Below are positions 25,497 to 37,427 of a stretch of DNA of 64,000 nt, piece by piece (within the stretch, counting starts at the first letter, position 1; each line of letters begins with the position of its first letter). The position numbers and the translations under genes were made by a program. The notes under the pieces were generated by a model. That model made no database searches. It was not told where the DNA came from and was given only the letters and a program-made list of their open reading frames with translations. Origin of the DNA: Octopus vulgaris (taxonomy: Eukaryota); the NCBI GenBank assembly GCA_951406725.2, contig OX597821.1:65286001-65350000 (forward strand), given 5' to 3'.

Positions 25497-26233
25497 TCTT
25501 TTCTACTCTAGGCACAAGGCCCGAAATTTTGGGTGTGGTGGGAGGGAGTCGATTAGATCGACTCCATTACGCAACTGGTATCGACCGCTAAAAGATGAAA
25601 GGCAAAGTCGACCTCGGCGGAATTTGAACTCAGAACATAAAGACAGACGAAATACCGCTAAGCATTTCGCCCGACGTGCTAAAGTTTCTACCAGCTCACC
25701 GCCTTTAAATATAATATTTATTTCTTTATTGCCCATAAGGGGCTAAACACAGAGGGGACAAACAAGGACAGACAAACGGATTAAGTCGATTAGATCGACC
25801 CCAGTGCGTAAATGGTACAAATTTAATTGACCCCGAAAGGATGAAAGGCAAAGTCAACCTCTGGGGAATTTCAACGCAGAACATAGCGGCAGACGAAATA
25901 CCTATTTCTTTACTACCCACAAGGGGCTAAACACAGAGGGAACAAACAAGGACAGACAAACAAGGAATTTCAACGCAGAACATAGCGGCAGACGAAATAC
26001 CTATTTCTTTACTACCCACAAGGGGCTAAACACAGAGGGAACAAACAAGGACAGACAAACGGATTAAGTCGATTATATCGACCCCAGTGCGTAACTGGTA
26101 CTTAATTTATCGACCCCGAAAGGATGAAAGGCAAAGTCGACCTCGGCGGAATTTGAACTCAGAACGTAACGGCTGACTAAATACTGCCAAGCATTTCGCC
26201 CGGCATGCTAACGTTTCTGCAAGCTTGCCGCCT
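25497..26233 (-). mobile_element. SINE family B tandem multimer
   Basis: Several head-to-tail bodies, including a ~99-bp near-exact duplication (about 25865 and 25964). Confidence 0.9.
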
Positions 26234-26930
26234 TACAAATTATTGATAATTACAAAGCTTTGACTTACAATGAATTATCGCTCTCACAACTGGAGCAATG
26301 CTGCTTCGATCTGTCTGACGGCACAGAGTCACTCACAGACCACGCCAGCACTACTACTGTACTCCAGACACAGCAAGTAATATACACACGATATATATTG
26401 ATACATAGATTCATACCTACCTACCTACATATACTTACCTACACACATACCTACCTACACACACACACACACACGCACACATACACAAATACACGTAAAT
26501 ACACACACGCACATAATCTTTTATTCTTCCATTCTTTTGCATGATTCAGTCATTAGACCGCGGGCATGTTGAGGCACGGCCTTAGAGAATTTGGGGTCAA
26601 ATGACTCGACTCCAATTGTTATATTTTTAAAGCCTTGTACTTATTCTATCGCCCTCTTTTGCTGAACCGCTAGTTATGGAGACAAAAACTCGCCAGCACC
26701 ACTCGTCGAACGGTAGTGGGATGACAAACACAGACACAAACATGCATACACACACATAATCTTTCGTATAGCCAGATGGAGACAATGTTTCCTGGGATAA
26801 AAAACAGTAACATTCGTCCTAAACTAGGACTGTCACGCAATGCTGGCAAATAATCTTTACTCTAGAGTACTGTTAATGAATGTCTCTCGTTGAGATAGTT
26901 ACAAATAGAAATTTTCTATATTATATATAT

Positions 26931-27340
26931 AGGCGCAGGAGTAGCTGTGTGGTAAGTAGCTTGCTTAACAACCACATGGTTACGGGTTCATTCCCACTGC
27001 GTGGCACCTTCGGCAAGTGTCTTCTACTATAGCCTCGAGCCGACCAAAGTCTTGTGAGTGGATTTGGTAGACGGAAACTGGAAGAAGCCCGTCGTATATA
27101 TGTATATATATGTATGTGTGTATATGTTTGTGTGTCTGTGTTTGTCCCCACACCATTGCTTGACAGCCGATGCTGGTGTATTTACGTCCCCGTAACTTAG
27201 CGGTTCAGCAAAAGAGACTGATAGAATAAGTACTAGGCTTACAAAGAATAAGTCCTGGGATCTATTTACTCGACTAGAAGGCGGTGCTCCGGCATGGCCG
27301 CAGTCAAGTGACTGAAACAAGTAAAAGAGAGTAAAGAGAG
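26931..27340 (+). mobile_element. SINE A, flanked by pieces of an older antisense SINE A (26520-26760, 27345-27505)
   Basis: Full family A sequence; the flanks carry the tail and head of a minus-strand copy. Confidence 0.88.
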
Positions 27341-28156
27341 TATATACGACGGGATTCTTTCAGTTTCCGTCTACCAAATCCACTGTCTTTGGTCGGCCCG
27401 AGGTTATATTAGAACTCACTAGCCCAAGGTGCCACGAGGTGGAACTTAATCTCGCACCATGTGGTTGACAAATAAACTTCTTACCACGCAGCCATGCTGC
27501 ACCTATATGTATACATATGTTTAAATATGTGTGGATGTATATATGTATGTCTTCTAATTTTAAATATTTTGAAACTTCCTCTGCGAAAGGAGTTGCTTTC
27601 TAAAACATCTCCATCGTTGGTAAAATACAGAATGAGTGGCACATCTTGAACCTTAGGAGTATAATGCATACGTTTAATATTCCGTTTTACAGATTGTATT
27701 TGTAATGTGTTAGCCGGTTGAATTCATTTTTTGAAAACTCCCAACTTTTCTAAACTGTAATTTTAGGCAATGATTTACAAATCCAAGAGCACCAATTATT
27801 ATTGGTAGAAATGTGAATTTATTACGTGAATAAAGAAGCAGGAAATTTCAAAACAGTTGTTCGTAGTTATCCTTTTTCTCTTTGATTTTTTTGTAGAAAT
27901 GTTCATGTCGGTAGGGCAGCCGCTCTCTAAGACGGTATATACTTTTTTCTGTTCGTCTCAAACATCGATATCCCGCCTCTTAGGCTTGCAATTTGCTAAT
28001 CTTTTGATAGGAATATTCCACCAATATCTCTCGTGTTAAGATTTATCTATGTTTTAAAAAAACAAGGTTATTTGTCCCTCGTTAGTTTTTTTTCAAATGA
28101 TATTGTATGTTGTTTTAACAACGAGGTGATAACAGTCTATGTACGTACTTATATAC

Positions 28157-28197
<41 letters not shown>

Positions 28198-28215
28198 CAG
28201 TGAGACATACATACA

Positions 28216-28251
<36 letters not shown>

Positions 28252-28350
28252 TATACATATATACATATATACATATATATATAGGTATGTGTCTATGCTT
28301 ACTTTTCATGTTGACGCATGACCGCACACCAGAAAATTAGAAGTATTTTA

Positions 28351-28579
28351 CGAGCAAGACAAATGAAAAGTAACAAAATATAGATTATTCACATACATGT
28401 TTCACTATTAATATATCACGTAATTTTTACTTACGCGATCTGCCTGTAGATCCTGAGTGTGACCGTCTATACAAGTATAATTAGCAGAACTATATACGGA
28501 GACGTCTTACGTAATATGTTAATAGTGAAACATGTAGGTGAATAATCTATATTTTGTTACTTTTCATTTGTCCTGCTCG
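28351..28579. repeat. Inverted repeat, ~73-bp arms (probable Penelope-like remnant)
   Basis: 28351-28423 is the reverse complement of 28507-28579 with few mismatches. Confidence 0.8.
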
Positions 28580-28693
28580 CTTACGTTCTGGTGTTTGCTA
28601 AATTTTTCTTGAGAATATTTCTTAGTGGTAAGACAATAGCGGATCTACTTCTAGCATAAGGGTTGTCCACATGGTGGTCATTCCTCTCATGTG

Positions 28694-28741
<48 letters not shown>

Positions 28742-29696
28742 TAAAAAAAATATATATATATGTGTGTGTGTGTGTGTGTAAGTATATATATACACACACA
28801 CACATACTGATATATGTGTATGTGTGTTTGTGGTGTGCGTGCGTGCGTGTTCAGATTCACTGATGAAAGCATTCAAGCCAAAGTTTAGACGTCAATGTAA
28901 ATATTTTATTTGTTAAATATGTTCTCTTTTACAACGTACTGTTCAAACATTCACTGTAAATCTTTTATTTATAACGTTACATGCAAAAAAAAAATATTAA
29001 TATATTTATACGTATATGTATTTAAGCAATTTTTCAATTTTACATGTGTCTCAGGAACAATGTTAATCATATTGTAGTAGTCTCTTGAACATGTGTAAAG
29101 ATGCTAAGTGTGTTTGCATGCGTAGATTAAAGTATGTGAGCATGTATGTATGCAATGGAATCGTAAGCGTTTAAGTTGCGTTTCTTTATGTTAAACGTAG
29201 CTCTCCCATTCGATAAGCGAAGAACAATTAAATTATTACCAAACCGGTGTTTAAACGGTCTTCTTGCGGCTTCTAAATATCACCTCTGATGTTCAGAGCC
29301 CTGTGACAGTCAGTTATGGTAGAAAACATCTTATAACTTCTGTCAGTTCCTTTGGTTCTTAAAGCAACTGGTTCAACATTTCACGAGATCTGATAAAACT
29401 AAAGCACTGTGTTATGCAGAGTAATTCTTTGCGATTATAGCATTAAAATAGATTGCCGAATGAATTAGTGACTGTGTGAACATTTTGTTGAAGAAAGGTC
29501 TACGTCTATTATGTTTTACTAAAGAGGATTTAGTTTCGGAACCAGGAGAGAATCTTACACAGGTTTCCCTTTATTTTAATATCACTCAAACAGCAAAGTG
29601 AATTTGCGAAACCAGCCAGGGAGTTTTTTTTTTCTAAATAGTTACTTGACTTGCTTGCAACAGCAACGAAACCTTCAAAACTTCCATCAAATTAAA

Positions 29697-29998
29697 TCTT
29701 TATGTATAAAGGTGAAGTTGTATGTCTGTCTCCTACGATTTAGATTCCTAACTACTCCCACATTTTGCGGTGCAGTTTAACCAAAAGCGGGTATCTTATA
29801 GTCGTGATTCATATCGAGCCCTTCTGGGTATGAGCGCGCGTCTACGATGAGTCTACGATTTAAAAGAAAAATTACCATCGTTTTTTCCCATTTTTAATGC
29901 ATTTTTTTTTTGCTATTATATAAAGGAAATAATTCTCTAAAAATGCTTATATAGTTATTTCCCTTACAAACCCAAGCAACGCCGGGTAATACTGCTAG
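29697..29998 (+). mobile_element. Short non-autonomous Helitron
   Basis: A|TC start; CCCAAGCAACGCCGGG hairpin; CTAG|T end. Confidence 0.9.
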
Positions 29999-30268
29999 TT
30001 AATAATAAAACATATGTAAAAGCAATGCCGTATTGTAAAATATTTATATTTTATTTTTGACGTAGTTTATCCCAGATAAACTAGTTTTGAAAAGACATGG
30101 CCATTACAGTGACTACACAACAGCCTATATCAAAACTGTCAGTATAGTTTATGGTCTTCAACAGTTTCATGTACGAATAGTGACGTACGAACCGCTACAT
30201 GTGTTTCATTTTTCTCTCTCTCTCCTTCTCGATCGCTCTTTCTCTCTCTCTCCCTTTCACACACACGC

Positions 30269-30317
<49 letters not shown>

Positions 30318-30456
30318 TTCACTCTCTCTTCCTTTTTGTTGTTTCCTCAGCACACAATACATGTATACATACATATAGAGACATACATTTATAAACATAT
30401 ATGCAAACATCCATCCATCCATGTGCACACGCATATATATGATGTATATATATATA

Positions 30457-30515
<59 letters not shown>

Positions 30516-31404
30516 TTGTAAAAGAGAAGTTTGAAAACGCCACTATATTAGATAAATTTTAATTTTCTTATGAATTTTACATCTTTCGGTTCTTGAAAAA
30601 ACGAACCTTATCAAAAATATTATAAAAAGTGCAATAGAAAAGTTCATAATCATTTCTTACTGGTCTCAATAGAATCCAGGTGGTGGTGTTTTGTCGGTAG
30701 TTGGTATAATCGCTATATTACAGTTGAGTGTAGTGAAGAAGTTCATTATTGTTTCTTGCTGGTATCAAAAGGAACCGCTTTTTTATTTCCCTGTGTTCCA
30801 ATGGTAGCAACAGTAGTGATTGTTGGTCGTAGTAGTAGTAACCTGTGGCTGTCCTAGCAGCAGTTACTGTTGGTCGTAATTCTGGCAACCTTGGTGGTGG
30901 TTGGGGTTGTAGCAGTTAAGCTGTGGCCGTGGCAGCAGCAGCAGTAGAGGACTGTTGATCGTAGCAGCAATAGTGGGGGGTTCACTGGCACTGTTCACTG
31001 ACGTCACATGATTCCAAACCAATCAAAACCAAACTTCAACGAATACAACGAATATATATATATACATATCTATATGTATTTATATATGTATAAATATATA
31101 TAGGTTATGAGACGTAATGGTGACAAGAAGACCCAAAGGTGTCAGGTAATGCTGATACAATATCCCTACATATCTCACGTCTGTTTTATTCCTCCACTTC
31201 ACTCTTTATTTCATATCTTCTCTAGAATAAGTATTGCTTAACCATCTTCTCGCACCCGTCTCCGATTAAGGGATATATAAAATATCCCGGAAACAGCTGT
31301 AATACCATCTCTATATAAATGTTCTGAAATCTTTCACACCCTTGGATTTTTATCACATTCTGTTAATTTTATATATACATATATACATACATACAAATAT
31401 CTTA

Positions 31405-31465
<61 letters not shown>

Positions 31466-31499
31466 CATACATACATACAAATATATATATATATATAGA

Positions 31500-32479
31500 T
31501 GAGAAAGTTGGTATGTGAAAGAACGTGGTTAAATATATAGAAAATAGTAAAAAGTGAAAAAACTACAGAAGGCTTGTTAAAAGGTTAAAAAATATATATT
31601 TGAGTCATTATGTCAGAAGAATGTTAGAATCTTTTTTCATACAATGACATAGTTTTTGAAGAAATGACCGGTTTCGCGTTCAGCTTTTCAAAATTCTTAC
31701 ATCGTTATGATTTCGTTGAGAAGTGTAAAGGAGAGTTCCAGCTAAGGGGAGGTAATAAGTGATTTCTTCCGGTGTAAGGGAGATAATCGCTTAATATTTC
31801 TTGCCTTTTTTTGGGGGGGTGAGTTTCTCTGTATAAGAATGTTGGAGTGGTTAAGTTTGGGCTTATATTTTTCAATGAAGAATGTTTCCTTGTTTAGTCT
31901 AATTTGTGTTGGTGTTCCAATAGCACATTGGTAAAATGGAAAGATTAAAAATTGTGGTAGTAGTTGCTTTGCGCATTTCTCAATGTGCTCACTAAAGGGT
32001 ATCATTCTGTATTCTGGGAATGCAATCTGTTGTCGATGCAGTGTGCATCTACGTCTGAGTGATATTCCCGTGGACCCCACGTAGTTTTGATGGCAGCCCG
32101 AGCATCTTATGGCATAAATTATGTTTTCAGAGGCACAAGTAAAATTAGATTTGATCTTGAATTTTTGTCCCTCTTTGAAGAGGAATTCTGATCCTTCTAG
32201 CAGGTTTGGACATGTTGCACAGTTCAATCTACAACATTTTTTTTACTTTTGCATCCGTAATTTCAGAAAGCAATTTTGCCTTTGTGAGAATCTTTTTAAG
32301 TGATTTAGGTTGTTTGTAGCTTTTAATGATTTTTAAATCATTAAAAGCTACAAACAACATAAATGACTTAAAAAGATTCTCACAAAGGCAAAAGTTTTAA
32401 CATTCTTCTGACATAATGACTCAAATATATATTTTTTAACCTTTTAAAACAAGCCTTCTGTAGTTTTTTCACTTTTTAC

Positions 32480-32490
<11 letters not shown>
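31500..32490 (-). mobile_element. Penelope-like element, 5'-truncated, with inverted pseudo-LTR
   Basis: GIY-YIG coding region 31742-32340. 32398-32485 is an inverted copy of 31540-31627. Palindromic junction at 32275-32392. Flanked by (TA)n. Confidence 0.88.
31742..32227 (-). pseudogene. Penelope-like (Neptune-type) GIY-YIG endonuclease fragment
   Basis: CATC..FTC..NIIYAIRCSGC..YVGST..LRRR..H...E.FFIEKYKPKLN; Cys-rich linker upstream of GIY-YIG. Confidence 0.88.
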
Positions 32491-32559
<69 letters not shown>

Positions 32560-32686
32560 TTAAGTAGGTGAATGAATTATCTTAGTATGGATAATTCGGT
32601 TAACCGATATCCGGGTAGCAAATTCACGTCAGAAAACACGGTTGAAGCTACATGCCAAGGGCAGAAATCCCGTGTTCTCGTGTTTC

Positions 32687-32740
<54 letters not shown>

Positions 32741-32749
32741 GCATACATA

Positions 32750-32938
32750 TATAATTGTTAAAGAGGACAATAAACGTTAAGGCGAGACAAACATCTCAAG
32801 TTATATACATTATCCCACACTCTGGGATATCCTAGAAACAGCTGTAAGACATTGAATGTTTTTCTAGTAATAATAATGTATGTGACTTGAGATGCTTGCC
32901 TTGCCTTAATGTTTGTTACATTCTTTAACAATTATATA
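32750..32938. repeat. Inverted repeat (~64-bp arms) enclosing a hammerhead remnant
   Basis: Arms 32750-32813 / 32873-32938; the loop contains GAAACAGCTGTAAGAC. Confidence 0.7.
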
Positions 32939-33052
32939 TCCGCTATATCGGAAATCTGCAATAGCCCCATAACTAGTGTCTCGGCTATAATCTTGGAGCC
33001 CTAGTAATTCGTTACAATACTTACCTAGCGCAACTAATCGTTTAGATCACTT

Positions 33053-33089
<37 letters not shown>

Positions 33090-33147
33090 GTATAAATGTA
33101 TACGTATGCATATATATATATATATACGTATAAATGTATATGTATAC

Positions 33148-33260
<113 letters not shown>

Positions 33261-33537
33261 ATGAATACTTATATTTGTGCAAGTTATGGAGGAATGAGTA
33301 CTGTTAAATATTAGAAATAAATATTTCGGAGACATAACGATAAAATTTATTCGAAACTGAATTTAGAATTGAAATCAATGAAATAAAACATAATTCAGTG
33401 TCGAAAGTTAAATATATGAAACAGAAAATAGCTTTAATAAATGACTCGTAGAAAATAAAAGATAAAGACAGATACCTATATACAATTTCCCTGGAAACTG
33501 TATATAGGCCTTTATGTTTGTAGTAGAAATGTGCAGT

Positions 33538-33900
33538 GGAGGCGGAATGGTCCAGTCGTTAGGGCAGCGGACTCGCGGTCGTAGGATCGCGGTTTCGATT
33601 TCCTGACCGTCCGTTGTGAGTGTTTATTGAGCGAAAGCCTCTAAAGCTCCACGAGTCTCCTGCAGGGGGGGGTACCCTACTGTATTCTTCCACCACAACT
33701 CTCACTGTTTCTGTTGTGCCTGTATTTCAAAGGGCCAGCCTTGTCACACTTTGTGTCACGCTGAATCTCCCCGAGAACTACGTTAAGAGTACACGCGTCT
33801 GTGGAGTGCTCAGCCACTTGCACGTTAATTTCATGAGCAGGCTGTTCCGTCGATCGGATCAACTGGAACTCTCGTCGTCGTAAGCGACAGAGTGCCACGT
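33538..33900 (+). mobile_element. tRNA-derived SINE, family C
   Basis: A box TGGTCCAGTCGTTAGG, B-box-like GGTTTCGATT. TSD AGAAATGTGCA at 33525-33535 and 33903-33913. Confidence 0.9.
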
Positions 33901-35002
33901 GCAGAAATGTGCATATAAATTATATATGTAAACCTCGCCTTCATAAAGAGGTGACGGAGGGTTGGTTACCGAAGTGAGCCACAGGTGACAGATGACTGTT
34001 ATGAGAATTTATTTTAGTTTAATTTTATTTTATTTTCTTATTGTTCACGTCGGCTTCGGCACATTTTTTGAAAATTCTGAAATCTGCGGAAACCCACTCA
34101 GAACTGAACTGAGAAACATTGAAATATATTTCTCTCTCTAAAACCGTTACATCTTATAACAGGAAGAAGTTCATAGGTCTCCATTTATAATGACGTGGTG
34201 TGGAAAGAAAAACGATAAGATTTAAATAAGATGGAAAAGGAAAATTTATTCCTCTCATTATAATAATAGAACATTGCCAAAGGGAATGATGTTAATACTC
34301 CATTCTGAAACAAACATTCAAATTACTTCAGTTCTGCTGGATCAGATAATTTCGCTGTGGTCTGCTGTCTGTGGCTGCAGCAATGAAGATGGGCGACGAA
34401 TGGCTGAAAAAGGGCTGCTGGGTGGTGAATGGCGGCTAGCCCAAAGACCAAGAGTGGGAGAACCTGGAGTTTGTATAACTGTGGGGTTGCTCCACAGGCC
34501 AAGATAATTTTACCCGCGTTGAAAACACGCGATTGAACAGTTAAAACTGACCAATACCTGCAACTGATTTGATCAACAACTGGTTCGTATGACTCGAGGC
34601 TAAGAAAAGTTCTGGTGAGCTTATATTCCACTATTTAAGGTTAAAACAACCAAATTGAAAAATTGTCTAATATTACAATAAAATGAACGTGTTAAACAGC
34701 TCTGCTACAATCTAAAAGTGTTCAAACTTCATAATCAAACAGTAATTCTTAAATGCAGTCTATAATACGAGTTTCACCTGTGCTGAATTTACCTTCAAAG
34801 GGGAAAAGATCTCTTCGAGTTTCAATTCTGTTGTGTTGAAGATTTATGTATTTTTAATGTTTAGTCCTTAATCTCTTTGATTTGTACATTAAAGAAAGTT
34901 CTTGACACTCTTTAAATACTATTTCAGAACTAGTAACACTCCCATACTTGTTAATCTGCATTCTAATGATAAAGATCAGGAGTATATGCATAAATTTGAC
35001 TT

Positions 35003-35401
35003 ATGTGAAGTATATTCGCCACTTAAATGTGTCTAACCGCTAAGGGTCGACGCTACTGTAGCTTGTAGCCCCAGGAGAAATCTTCTCCAGCTGGCTATTG
35101 ACACACTTTCTGTGCCCTATCGTCACTGGCAAAATGATATATGTATTTGCATTGGGACCCCTTCGCATCGAAAACCGGTGATTGTCGTGCGCTGACGACG
35201 GGTTTAAATATTCAGAAACCCGGGTCTGTGCGTATCACGTCAGGTCGACGATGACAAGGATGGCTTCCCTTTGCAAATACTGATAGAGCACAGAAAGCGT
35301 GTCAATAGCCAGCTGGAGGAGGTGTCCTCCTGGGGCTACAAGCTACAGTAGCATTCACCTTTAGTGGTTAGCCACATTTAAGTGGCAAATATACTTCACA
35401 T
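35003..35401. mobile_element. Fold-back element, ~120-bp inverted arms, hammerhead in the loop
   Basis: Arms 35003-35121 / 35282-35401; related to 36099-36348 and 53340-53570. Confidence 0.8.
35178..35238 (+). ncRNA. Type I hammerhead ribozyme motif (minimal, palindromic stem III)
   Basis: Stem I CGTGCG/TGTGCG (wobble-rich); CTGACGA 35192-35198; weak stem II GGGT/ATTC; GAAA 35215-35218; palindrome ACCCGGGT; GTC triplet 35224-35226. Confidence 0.6.
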
Positions 35402-35813
35402 TGTCGTGCAGCTACTGTTTATATAGCGTTCAGAGATTTATTATTGTTTGACTTATGATTCGGCTAGAATCATTTATTCATGCCCGCGGATGCAATATTT
35501 AGAGAATATATATGTTTATCTTAATAAATGAATCCTGATTTAAAACACACGGGGACACACATATACTCACACATAAAAACACTTACATAAATACATATAC
35601 AGGCTCTGAGGGTGGTTTATTTCTGTTCATCGGTACATAAATACGAATGGCACATACTCAAGAGTCATCCTCTAATCCGAATGACGGTCATAGTTTTAAT
35701 AGTCCACTCGCACACACACACACAAAGACACACACACATTGAAAGATTGATGTAGATAGATAGATAGAGATATGTGTATATGTATTTATGCATGCAATTA
35801 TGTATTTACGTTA

Positions 35814-35863
<50 letters not shown>

Positions 35864-36030
35864 TATAGATTTTAATATTTTATACAATAAAAACCATAAA
35901 TTTGTAATTTATTCAATGAGCACAAATGGAAACAGCTGTAGGAAGTAAGAATCATGAATGTATTAATAAATAATTATTAACTTTCAACTCTCCATCTTCT
36001 TTTCTTCTATTAATTGAATACGGATTATAT

Positions 36031-36088
<58 letters not shown>

Positions 36089-36098
36089 ATGTGTGTGT

Positions 36099-36348
36099 TT
36101 AAGTATAAAAGCCATCTCAATATGGCTAACCACAAAGTGGAGGGGGTGGTACTGTAGCTTTTTAGCCCCAGTAGATCATCGTCTCCAGCTGGCTTTAGAC
36201 ACACTTTCTGTGCCCTTTAGGTATTTGCAAAGGGAAGCCATCCCTTTCTCATAAGCCAGCTGGAGACGATGATCTCCTGGGGCTAAAAAGCTACAGTAAC
36301 ACCCTCTCCCCTTTGTGGTTAGCCATATTGAGATGGCCTTTATACTTT
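36099..36348. mobile_element. Fold-back element, ~96-bp inverted arms
   Basis: Arms 36099-36195 / 36253-36348. Shares ACTGTAGC..TAGCCCCAG..CTCCAGCTGGCT and the right flank (CATTGTCG..TACT.TTTA..GAGATTT) with the 35.0-kb element. Confidence 0.8.
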
Positions 36349-36622
36349 ACATTGTCGAGCGATTACTATTTACATCTCGTTCTGAGATTTAATAATGCCT
36401 ATATATATATATATATAGGATAAAATTTTTTTCGGGAAAAATATTTTATCAATGGCCAGGATATCAAAAAATGCCTTTAAAGGTAAAATTTATACATAAT
36501 TTACAAGATAAGGGCAGAAGAAAAATTCTAATGCCAGATACGCCGAAACAAAAAATTGTCGATAACCATTAAATTTATGCGTCTCGAAACAAACCGATAG
36601 AAATCTCTAAAAAAATTCGTTA

Positions 36623-36683
36623 TTACCGTATTGGTCCAATTTCGAGGTTAATTCACGAGAAATTTTCCCCTCTTCAGCGGCAA
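36623..36683 (-). ncRNA. Type I hammerhead ribozyme, intact core
   Basis: Minus strand reads TTGCCG-CTGAAGA-GGGG..CCTC-GAAA-TTGG-A-CCAA-TA-CGGTAA. Confidence 0.72.
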
Positions 36684-36816
36684 ATACGAATCACACGTGT
36701 CTTGAGGTGCGCCGAAGATTTTTCTATTTTGGATATATTTGGAGTACTTAAGTCTGCTCAGGACTTGGTGCTTGCTTCTTCCATGGGTATGAGTATTTCA
36801 TTTATATCTCGCGTAT

Positions 36817-36877
36817 TTGCCGCTGAAGAGGGGAAAATTTCTTGTGAATTAACCCCGAAATTGGACCAATACGGTAA
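36817..36877 (+). ncRNA. Type I hammerhead ribozyme, intact core
   Basis: Stem I TTGCCG/CGGTAA; CTGAAGA 36823-36829; stem II GGGG/CCCC; GAAA 36857-36860; stem III ATTGG-A-CCAAT; AUA triplet with predicted cut after 36871. Confidence 0.75.
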
Positions 36878-37003
36878 TAACGAATTTTTTAGAGATTTCT
36901 ATCGGGGTTTGCTTTGAGACGCATAAATTTAATGGTTATCGACAATTTTTTGTTTCGGCGTATCTGGCATTAGAATTTTTCTGCCCTTATCTTGTAAATT
37001 ATA

Positions 37004-37076
<73 letters not shown>

Positions 37077-37309
37077 ATATGTATAGGGAGAGTTTACGAA
37101 AAAAAAACAAAAGACGAAGACAGGGGATGTACAAAACAAACAGGTGTGTTAGGTATAACGTTCAGGAATAGAAAAAGGTTTTTACGTTTCGAGCCTACGC
37201 TCTTCTACAGAAAGGGACACAGAAAAAACAAGGAGAGAAGAAAGGAGAGGAAAAAGGAGAGAAAAAAGTAAGTATGAATATATGTATGTATATATGTATA
37301 TAAATATAT

Positions 37310-37340
<31 letters not shown>

Positions 37341-37427
37341 CATATATGTGTGTATATGAATATTTCTATATATGTATCATATATATATATACGTATGTAT
37401 GTGTATGTATATATATGAATGTATGTC

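Larger units (their letters stand above)
36497..37001. repeat. ~190-bp near-perfect inverted repeat with ~120-bp spacer (Penelope-type inverted pLTR)
   Basis: 36497-36688 is the reverse complement of 36812-37001; embedded between (TA)n tracts. Confidence 0.9.

Noticed and set aside
28441-28462. CCTGTAGATCC resembling miR-10
   Set aside because: Only an 11-nt match; the seed start and 3' half differ and no matching precursor hairpin is seen.
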